NCBI RefSeq assembly: GCF_018977255.1
Contig: NW_024704742.1
Coordinates: 96,784,001 to 96,848,000 of the forward strand
Length of the DNA stretch: 64,000 bases
Source: Callorhinchus milii
Lineage: Eukaryota
Reading direction: 5' to 3'
The stretch's first letter is position 1, and every line of letters starts with the position of its first letter. Below the pieces are notes generated by a model. That model had not been told where the DNA came from. It worked only from the letters and a program-made list of their open reading frames with translations, and made no database searches. This document shows positions 54,223 through 64,000 of this stretch, piece by piece. A program made the translations under genes and the position numbers.

Positions 54223-54538
54223 GTAGATCCTGGAGCTCAGCGGTTAGAGCGCTCGCTTTGCAAGCGAGAGACCTGAGTCCGGTTCCAGGCAGGTCAGGGC
54301 GAAACCTTGGGCCAAGTTTCCTTACTCCACACAGAGCCCTAATGATAATACCCTCCAAGAAAACAAAACAATAATTAAATTGGTCATTTTCAATCCACGA
54401 CTGTTTGTGGGACATTGCTGTGCGCAATTGGCTGCCGCGTTCGCCCACAAATATACAGTCAATTCACTTTACAGTGTGTTCTGTGAAGCGCTTTGGGACG
54501 TCCTCCCGACGTGAAAAGCGCTAATGCAAGGATTATTG
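54223..54538 (+). mobile_element. SINE, short subfamily, adjacent to the PSAT1 promoter
   Basis: Matches 57558 copy; intact 3' stem-loop at 54487-54522. Confidence 0.92.
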
Positions 54539-54780
54539 TTTAAGGATTATTAAATCTTCTTTTGCTTATTATGTTTTTGGATTAATTTTTAACACAAAGG
54601 TCTCTACTTCGTTATCATGGACAACAATCCTCCAAATAATATTAGTCATTCACTCCAGCTGCTTGTGGGCTATTGCTGTGCATAACTTGGCTGCTGTATT
54701 GACCTGCAAATACAGTCACTACACTTAAAAATAATTCCCGTGCAGCACTTTGAAATGTCTCTACGACTTGATTTATTAAA

Positions 54781-56835
54781 TCCAACGCCAAGTTTGAAGA
54801 AGTGCTAGACTTCTTCAACTCAAAAATTGAAAACATCTGTTTGGTTGCATCATCCTCCCCCACCCACCCCATGTCCCTTTCCACCCCACCCAGATTGTTC
54901 ACACCACCTTCTCCCTACGCTAAGGACCCTGCCACTCTCCCCTCCTTACACTCCTCCTTTGCCCCATTTCTCCCTCCTCCCTCTCAACCACAATCACTCA
55001 GATGAAACAAAAACAGAGAGAGCCGGGAAAACTCAGCAGGTCAGGCAGCATCTATGGAGAAAGGAAAGTGAGTCAACATTTTAGGTCTATGACCCTTCAT
55101 CGCTGGGTTCTGACAAAGGGTCTTGGACCTGAAACATTGACTCACTTTCCTTTCTCCATAGATGCTGCCTGACTTGCTGAGTTTTCCCAGGTCTCTCTGT
55201 TTTTGTTTCAGATGTCCAGCATCTGCAATATTTTGTGTTTTGTTCACTCAGATGAAGTTCACCACTTGCTGCCTTGACCCCCTCCCCACCCAACTGCTGG
55301 TCACTCACCCCCCCCCTCCTCTCCCCCCTGCTGGCCGACACGGTCAACCAGTCTCTCTCCTGAGGCTCTGTTCCATTCCCCCTGAAAACTGCTGTCATCA
55401 CACCCCTCCTCAAAAAAAATGCCCTTGATTCCTTTAATCTCTCTCACTACCGTCCTATCTCCAACCTACCCTTCCTTGCCAAAGTCCTGGAATGCATTGT
55501 TGCAGGTCAACTTTGGTCTCAACTCTCCCTCCATCCCTCCTCGAGCTCCTGCAGTCTGGCTTCTTTCACGCTGCTCACAGCACAGAGACAGCACTTGTCA
55601 AAGTCACAAACAACATTCCCTCTATCGGTGACCAGGGCTCCCTCTGCCTCCTCATCCTCCTGGATCTCTCTGCCGCGTTCGACACAATCAACCACGCCAT
55701 CCTCCTCCATTGCCTTTCCTCCCTCATCTACCTTAGTGGGACCACATTTGTATGGTTCGAGTCCTACTTAACCAACCATCGCCATTTCATCTCGGCAAAT
55801 GGTTTCTCCTCCCACCCCCACCTGGTCACCTGTGGGGTACCCCTGGGCTCCATCCTTGGCCGTCCTCTTTTCCTTATCTATATGCTCCCTCTGGGTGATG
55901 TCATCTGCAGACACGGGGTAAACTTCCACATGTCTGCGGATGACACACAAATCTACTTTGCTTTCTCCAGTACCAACTCCAGGTCCATCGATGTTCTATC
56001 AGCTTGTCTGGGAGATATCAGGGCCTGGATGGGTGTAAACTTCATGCAGCTGAATGTGGACAAGATGGAAGCCGCATTCTTTAACTCCCATCAACATCTT
56101 TACTCCTACGGAACTGAACTCCTCAACCATCCTGGGCTCTCCCTCAGACTCACCGAACCAGTGCACAATCTAGGTGCCCGGTTCGACCCCAATTGTCCTT
56201 CCTCCCCCACATCTGGTCCCTGACCAGGACCACCTATTTCCACCTCCGCCATATTGCCCATCTCCGACCGTACCTTACCCCGAATGCAGCCGAAACCCTC
56301 GTGGATACGTTTGTCACCTCCCGCCTGGATTACTCAAATGCACTCCTTGCCGGTTTCCCCAGCTCCACTATTCAAATGATCCAGCTCATTCAGAACTCTG
56401 CCATCCGCATATTAACCTGGATCAAGCTCCGTACCCATATCTCACGAGTTCTAGCCAGACTCCACTGGCTCCCCATCACCAAATGGATCGACTTCAAGAT
56501 CCTCACACTTGTGTTCAAATCCCTTCACTCCCTACCTCTCCGACCTCCTCTTACCACAATCCACCACCTGGTGCCACTCCTCGACTGGCACCGGCCTCCT
56601 GCTTGTCCCTCGCACCCTCCGCCCCACCATTGGAGGTTGCGCTTTCAGCCACTATGCCCCAAAATTCTGTAACACCCTCCCTCAATCCCATGCCTTGCCC
56701 CCTCTCTCACCTTTTCCAAGTCCCACCTGAAAACCTTCCTCTTCGACCATGTTTACGGCCAACTTGAACCCCCCTCCCCAGCTCGTAGTCAGGCTCTGAG
56801 ACGCTACCCTGCTATATAAGTGCAAGTTGTTGTTG
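54781..56835 (+). mobile_element. L2 LINE ORF2 relic (RT domain to 3' tail)
   Basis: QSGF...HSTETAL...LLDLSAAFDTI...GVPLGSILG...ADDTQIY (ORF 55492..56223); SRLDY; frameshifts. Confidence 0.94.
55007..55243. mobile_element. Fold-back, probably Penelope-like-derived non-autonomous insertion with 13-bp TSD, inside an L2
   Basis: ~100-bp inverted arms (55003-55101 / 55111-55210); TCACTCAGATGAA duplicated at 54994-55006 and 55244-55256; removing it restores L2 ORF2 ITQMKFTTCCLDPLPT. Confidence 0.8.
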
Positions 56836-57557
56836 TTATTATTTAGGCTGCCACTTATCACCAAGTCCAAAACTGGGAAGGAAGCAAGATAGGTGTGGTA
56901 AGTGAGCAAATCAGTGCCTGATATTTGTTAGAATCGAGTTAGCACCTCAGCACATCAAACCATCTCAAAACACTTAAAAGAGTTTTCTGTAAAGTGTAAG
57001 GGATTGGATGTGCAGTTAGTTGCAGACTGGTTCCTTGTGACTATTCTCCTGGAGGTGGGGGAGGTAAGCAGCCTCCACTGTATTCCGGAGCATTGCTGAT
57101 GACAGCACAGCCAGTGTGACTCATCGGCAGGACCTAGAAGGGCAAGGATTATTATTATACTTTCAGTCCCAATATTGAAGCTCTATTAGATTTGGTGATG
57201 AGACTTTAGCGTTTTCATGCTTCATGGACATGATATAAAACTAACACTTTATTGGAACCTTTTCAATTGGGATACAAGCATTCTTTAGCACCATCACAGA
57301 TTAATATTTCTTAATAAACAGATGTTATAGACAAGCTGAAAGCAGTCGCCAAAACCTGAGTTATACCAGTGTTTTCTCTCAATAGTCCACTAAGATTGTA
57401 ATAACAACTTTTATTTTATCTCATTTTCATTATTTTTTCTTCTTTGTTAAACTCTTTTTTCTTATCATAGATTAACCAGCATATAAGAATATACTGAGGG
57501 AGGCCACTGTTGATGGCCTCCATTGTATAATGATCTAATGTACTTTCTTGGTCTCTT

Positions 57558-57877
57558 GTGGAGTCCTGTAGCTCAGTGGTTAGAGCACTCGCTTTGCAAG
57601 CGAGAGACCTGAGTTCAATTCCAGGCAGGGCGAAACCTTGGTCAAGTTTCCTTACTCCACACGCCTAATAATAATCCCTCCAAAAAAACAAACCAATAAT
57701 AAATTGGTCATTTTCAATCTACGACTTTGTGGGACATTGTCTGTGCGCAATTGGCTGCCACGTTCCCCCACAATATACAGTCAATTCACTTTACAGTGTG
57801 TTCTGTGAAGCGCTTTGGAACGTCCTTCCGACGTGAAAAGCGCTATATCAAATGCAAGGATTATTATTATTATTATT
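57558..57877 (+). mobile_element. tRNA-Ala-headed SINE, short subfamily
   Basis: Full head CTCGC-TTTGCAA-GCGAG, A/B boxes, partial Deu domain, (ATT)n tail. Confidence 0.93.
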
Positions 57878-58965
57878 GGTCATTTCAGCCAGCTATCGGT
57901 TTGAGATTCCAGCCTACACAAATACAATACACTCTGATTCACTGAAAATTATGGGCGATTGGAATTAATTCATTACGCCAATTCAAAGGCCAGAAAGGAG
58001 CTTCTCCAAAATACTCAACAGATGATTCATTGAATGATGATAATGAGCCATACACAACAGTAAGAATCGATGTTTACTGATCGATGTTGAGTTTATCTCT
58101 GCTGGCAGTGAGAACAGTACAATTGGCAGTTGGAAACAAAATAAAATCTGTCTTGATTCCTGTTTCAGATTGATGTTCAGTGATGTTCAGTGATTCTGGC
58201 TGGAATGTTCATAGGTATGCACTTAAGATAAAGACTGAACACGTTCAGCTGCTTGCCTCCCTCATAGTCAAGTTGCCTGCCAAAACTTCCCGTGAAGGCT
58301 CATGGAAGCCTAACGACACAATTAGTTTTGAAATGGGAATAAACAATTAGTGATAATCTTTTTCACGGAAAGTTTGTGTCTCCATAATGTTTAAAGATGA
58401 AATGGCAAAATTCAAGCTCTAAATTCTTAAATTACATCTGAGATAGAAATCGATATAAAGTGTATAAAAATAGATATAAAGCCCATGATTGACTTCGGAT
58501 TTCCTCCCAACCTGAAAGGCGCTATACATATGTAATTTGTTGTTGTAGTTACTGACACAACATTGTCTGCATTACTGTTTAGAACATTGTCCGCAATGGT
58601 GTTTAGAACATTGTCTTCATTACTATTTCTATTCTAAATATTACTCTCAATTCATCCTATGTTTTAATTCATTAATCAAACAACAACTTTAATTTTGTTT
58701 GGTTATACATTAGTGTATCTGAAAATCATAATGAAGTTTTCTTCAACACAGATTTAATTTCAAGTATGGTGTGGAGGACATCAGAAGGAATAGCAACCTC
58801 TTTGGGTAAAACTAATAATAATTCAAATCAGCAAAGAAACATGTACCCTTTATTCCTTCATAATTATATTAATTCTGTGTATCCTATAGTTAGAATATGG
58901 TATTACATTACTGCTTACAGGTAAAATATCGGAATGCCTTTCTCTGCAAGCAACCCACTTATTTC

Positions 58966-60025
58966 AACAACAGCAAATTACATTTGTATAGCGCCTTTCA
59001 TGTTGGGAGGACGATAGTTAGGGAGGGATTTGGACCCGAGCAGGGGGTTGGGATCGGGGACAGCAAGAAACGTAGGAGGGTGCCCGAAGGCATGGTCGAA
59101 GAGGAGGGTCTTGAGACATGCCTTGAAGGAGGCAAGGGAGTGAGCGAGGCAAAGGGACTGTGGGATGGAGTTCCAAAGGGTGGGGGCAGAGAGGCTGAAG
59201 GCCTGACCACTGATGGTGGGGCGGGGCGGGCAAAGGACAGGGAGCAGGCCGGATCCTGCTGAGCGGAGGGAGCGGACAGGTCTACTTAGTAGGTCACAGA
59301 GGTAGGAAGGAGCAAGGCTGTGGAGGCGCTTGACAACGAGGACGAGGATTTTGAATTCTATTCTCTGGGAGATGGGAAGCCAGTGGAGTCGGGCGAGGGT
59401 GGGTGTCATAGAGTCACAGAGCCTGGTGTGGGAGAGGGCAGGAGCTAGAGTTCTGGATGATCTGCAGCATGTGGAGGGAAGAGTTGGGAAAGCCAACAAG
59501 CAGGGAGTTGATATAGTGGAGTCTAGATGTCACAAAAGCGTAGATGAGGGTTTCATTCAAGGGAGAGGCAGTGGCAGAGCCGGGCGATATTGCGGAGGTG
59601 GGGAAAGGCAGAGCAGGTCCTGGCATGGATGTTGGGTAGAAAAGACAGTTGAGTGTCAAATAAGACACCAAAGTTCTGGACTGGCTCAGTGAGGTGGAGT
59701 GTGCATCCTTGGATGATGAAGATGTCAGTGCCTGAGATGTGGAGGTGCTGACGGGAGCCAATCAGGAGGGCCTTGGTCTTGTTGACATTTAACTGTAGAA
59801 AGTTAGCTCTCATCCAGGACTTGATGTCTGACAGACAATCTGTCAAGAAAGCAGTGGCCCTGGAGTCGAGGTTGGAGGCAGAGAGGTAGTTTTCCATATG
59901 TATGCGGGTGACACCCAACTCTATCACTAAGACTTCAGACCCACGTCTACAGATGATGTCACCAAACGTGAACATGTACATGTTGAAAAGGAGAGGACCA
60001 AGGACAGAACCTTAAGGAACGCTAA
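58966..60025 (-). mobile_element. L2 3' portion
   Basis: [25 protein letters not shown]; tail. Confidence 0.92.
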
Positions 60026-60299
60026 AGCCAAAAATAATTTCAATCAAATATTTCCACTACTATATTTGATTAAAATTATAGTCCAGTCCACATGAATTTA
60101 ATAAATCATTTAAGAAAGATAATCAGCTGGACAAACCTTTATTGTCAGTAAGAATTTTTGTTAAAAAAACATGGCCTTGGAGAGAAGTATCTCGTAGTGA
60201 TTTCAAATTGTTTATATCAAGTCTCAATCACTATATTTGAGTCTGATGAAAGCAATTTCTTTCATCATGGGTACTTAAAAATCTACCAAGTCACCCCCT

Positions 60300-60914
60300 T
60301 ATAAAGCCTAGTGTCCCATATGCTTTTTTAACAGCTTTATCTACCTGTCCTGCCACCTTCAAAAATTTACTTATATGAACCCCCAGGTCTCTCTGTTCCT
60401 TCACCTCCTTTAAGATTGTACCATCAGCTTATATTGCCTCTCCTCATTCTTCCTCCCAAAATCCATCATTTTGCATTTCTCCACATTAAACTTCATCTGC
60501 CACGTGCCTGTCCAATTTACCACTCTGTCTATATCCTCTTGCAGTTTGCTACTATCCTCCTCACTGTTTACTACTTTTCCTAACTTAGTATCATCTGCAA
60601 ACTTGGAAATTGTACTCCCTATACCCAAGTCCAGATCATTTATATAGATGAAAAACAGCAGTAGTCCCAATACTGACTCCTGGGGGACACCATTGGACAC
60701 TTCCCTCCAGTCAGAAGAACAACCGTTGACCACAACTCTGCTTTCTGTCTTCTGGCCAGTTCTGTATCCATGCTGCCACTGTCCCTTTAACACTGTGGGC
60801 TTCCATTTTGCTTCCAAGTCTCTTATGTGGCACTTTACCAAACGCCTTTTGAAAATCCAAATAAACTACATCAACTGCACTACCTTCATCCACTCTCTCC
60901 GTTACTTCATCTGC
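60300..60914 (-). mobile_element. CR1 RT fragment
   Basis: YLDFQKAFGKVPH, GVPQESVLG, SKFADDTKL, WQMKFNVEKCK. Confidence 0.92.
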
Positions 60915-61545
60915 AACATTGCCTGGCTCCGCCACTATCTCTCACCGTAGGCCACCGAGACCCTCATCCGTGCATCCATTATATCCAGGCTCGACTACGC
61001 AAACTTCCTGCTTGTCAGTCTCCCCAACTCCTCCCTCCAGAAGTTGTGATCATCCAGAACTCCGTAGCCCATGACCTCTCCTGCACCAGGCTCTGCAACC
61101 CTATCACCCCCATCCTCGCCCGGCTCCACTGGCTCCCTATCATTCAGAGGATACAGTTCAAGATCTTCACCTCCACGGCCTTGCACCTTCCTGCCTCTGT
61201 GACCTCCTAACCTCCTACTCATCTGTCTGCTCTCTTCGCTCAGAAGGCTCCGGCCTGGTTCACGTCACCCTCCTTGCCCACCCCACCATTGGTGGATAGG
61301 CTTTCAGCCTCTCTGCCCCCACCCTCTGGAACTCCATCCCAGTTTCTCCACCTCGCCCCCTCCCTTGCCTCCTTCAAGACTCTTCTCTTCGACCGAACCT
61401 TCGGTCACCCTCCTCCCACTACTCTCCCCGCCCTCCATCCCTCCTGATCCCAACCACCATTCGGGTATGGATCTCTGACGGTCCAGCGCCTTGGGATGTC
61501 CTCCAGAGGTGAAAAGCGCTATACAAATGTAATTTGTTGTTGTTA
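60915..61545 (+). mobile_element. L2 3' portion
   Basis: SRLDY, LARLHWLPI, tail with (GTT)n. Confidence 0.88.
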
Positions 61546-62934
61546 TTAAGGCACAGAAACAGGCTAGTTGGCCAAAATAGTCAATGATAATGTATACAGT
61601 GTACTCTACATGAACCTCCATCCCTCTCTAATCCTTTTTCCTATACCCTCTATTCCCTTCTCCCTTATGTATGGTAACTGTAGTGAAAGCATAGAGCTGA
61701 TCAAATTTTAATGACGCTGAATTTTATATTTCTCTAACAATTTATCAAAGATACTTTTCTTTTGATGCAAAAAGATAGATGGGTTTAAAAAGGCTAGGAC
61801 ATCATATTGAATAAAGTTAACAAAGTTGCAAAAATTCAAAAAAGCACAGAGGGTTGCAACAAACATCAATTACTTAAAAAACAGTATGATTACAGTATGG
61901 AGTTTCTTGAATATAACTATTTCCTGCATTTGCTTCACTGTTGATCCTTAGGAGGAACCTTTTCCCCTACTATCTAGATTCTGTACTGTTTCTGCCTTCA
62001 AAACCCACTTTGAGACCCCTCCCTTTGACAATGCTTTTGGCCGCCTTTCCCCCTCCACTCCCACCACGTCTCCGACTCTTAGTCATTTGTATGGAGCATT
62101 TTGAGGCATCCTTCTGACATGAAAAGCACCATATAAATGTTAATTGTTGTATACTTAGCTTTATGTGGCTAATAACTACCACACTAGGCGTAACTCACTG
62201 GCTGGATTGACACAGTCTAACATATAATTATAATTCTTCAAACAGTAGATATTACACTAGAGACCAGTGATTCAAGGACCAAAGTAACTACCTGCTTTGT
62301 TTGCAGGCTAAATTCCAATAAGCACTCTTTGCAAATATGAGAAGAGTAATATACAATTTTAAAAAGTCCTTGATGCGTTCAAATAACAGTTTTGTAATTC
62401 ATCAACAGAATCTCCAATTGCTACACCCAATATTACACTAACTGTGAGGAAATGACCAACATCTTGCAAGGCCCTTTCATGTGGCAGAAAGCTATGACTA
62501 GGAAGTCAACTATGAAAATAAATTGTGAGCCAGTCTAGGCTTGTTGAATGTACATACGAGAAGGCAACATACACGGTAATAGGCTCAAAAGGAGAGTTAC
62601 TATATGCTGCTAAAATTGGTATCCAGATTTGGAAATAAGTTGGCAGTGGAAGGTATTCAATCAAGCTGAAGCCAGATAAATTAAATCTTGACAAACTTGT
62701 TCAGCTCTTGGATAGATGTCCCATTACGCTACCACTCATCATAGTTTAGCCCATTCATTTCATGTATCCATCTAGTAAATTAAGGCTGAACACACGGCAA
62801 CACTAGTATATCCTGCCTCAAACATTATAAAATTGAACACAAATTTGGTCTGGTAAACATTCCATACAATTGCAACAACAATTTTTAGATTTCAGAGCTT
62901 TGATTACAAAGCTTAGCATTCCATTAGCCCTATT

Positions 62935-63355
62935 AATAATACTAATCTTTGCATTTGGTATAATGCGTTATCAGATCATCAAATATCAAAGTACTTCACA
63001 GGATTTTACGTGATTGTGTAATTTTGTAGGTGAACATTGCAATAAATTTGCAAACAACAATGCCCCGTAAACAGCCATGGAGCGAACCATCATTTTTTTC
63101 TGGGAGTTTGTTGGTTAGGACACCAGAAAACTCTTCTTTTCAAATAGTGGCTTGGGGATATTTAACATCTGCCGGCACAGATAGAACTCAGGGTAACCTC
63201 TCATCTGAAGAACAGCACCTCCAACAATGAGGGCAACCAAATCACTGTATTGGAGCGTCAGTCTAGTCTATGAGAGCACAAAGTCCCTGTGTGGGAATTG
63301 AACCCACAATCTTCTGATTCAAAGCCGAAAGTGCTACCAACTGCGACAAGCTGAC
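62935..63355 (-). mobile_element. Older Deu-domain SINE, near full length
   Basis: Tail, Deu segment and head, matching the 5780 copy. Confidence 0.75.
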
Positions 63356-63359
63356 CCCT

Positions 63360-64000
63360 GGATCCTCGCCTTCAAGGCCCTCCACGACCTTGCCCCTTCC
63401 TATCTCTGTGACCTGTTAATCCCATATTAACCTGTCTGTTTCCTCCATTCAGCAGATCCAGCCTGCTCCACGTCCCGGTGGTGTGGCCTTCATATCCAGG
63501 GTGTAGCTTGCCCTATCACCCTACTCCACTGGCTCATTCCCCTCTTTCGAACACCTTACCCTCCACCATCCCTCCCACCTCTTACTTTACCGCCCCCCAA
63601 AATCCTCCCCCACCTTCATCTCTGACATCTCCACCCTCCTTGTTTCTCTCTGCCTCTGTTCCGACCGCCTCATCATCCCAGGTGACTTCAACCTCCACTT
63701 CACCCCCTCCTGCTCCACCTCCTCAGAATTCTCTCTCCTCTCTCAACCTCTCCCTCCACATCCACTTTGCTACCCACACCCATGGTCACCCTCTCAACCT
63801 GGTGATCACCCAGGGCCTCAGCGTCTCGGATGTCGCCATCATTGACAAGGCCATTCCTGACCACCATTTCATCTCCCTCAACTCCCATATCCCTCTTCCC
63901 ACTCCTCCAAACCTACCACCATCTTCTACCGCCCATGGAAGAAGATCTCCTCGCAGTCCCTCTCCACTGACCTGGAGTCCTCTGATCTCCTCTCCCTCTG
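63360..64000 (+). mobile_element. L2 fragments: short 3' piece (63360-63480) and APE endonuclease region (63520-end)
   Basis: YRPP, IIPGDFNLH, PTHTHGHPLNLVIT and PDHH-like motifs. Confidence 0.78.

Noticed and set aside
57558..57635. tRNA-Ala(TGC) gene (also at 35371, 54223, 13175)
   Set aside because: The cloverleaf-like head continues directly into a SINE body and L2-like tail in many dispersed copies; acceptor and T stems are imperfect.
61600..64000. 3' exons of the expected upstream neighbour gene (CEP78 in human synteny)
   Set aside because: No recognisable coding exon found; the region is mostly repeats.

Overview
Vertebrate nuclear DNA, probably from a cartilaginous fish (inferred from the Deu-domain SINE/L2/CR1 repeat content and a Penelope-like hairpin). 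One complete protein-coding gene is supported: PSAT1 (phosphoserine aminotransferase) on the minus strand. It has 9 exons, CDS 53603-44387, 373 aa, all GT-AG introns and a CpG-rich promoter. The ~43 kb downstream of PSAT1 (1-43.8 kb) and the ~10 kb upstream show no supportable host exons. They are filled with L2 and CR1 LINE fragments, an older full Deu-domain SINE, a younger tRNA-Ala-headed SINE, and repeat-free blocks that look like enhancers. The most notable non-gene signals are: (i) an atypical non-LTR reverse transcriptase relic at 12.8-14.3 kb, unlike the resident L2/CR1, resembling (from memory) fungal elements and interrupted by a host SINE; (ii) a 237-bp fold-back insertion with a 13-bp TSD and decayed hammerhead-ribozyme-like cores; (iii) a covarying 3' stem-loop shared by SINEs and L2s; (iv) structured tandem repeats around PSAT1 exon 1. 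I cannot show a new biological system from sequence alone. Repeat boundaries are approximate; exon boundaries were read base by base.
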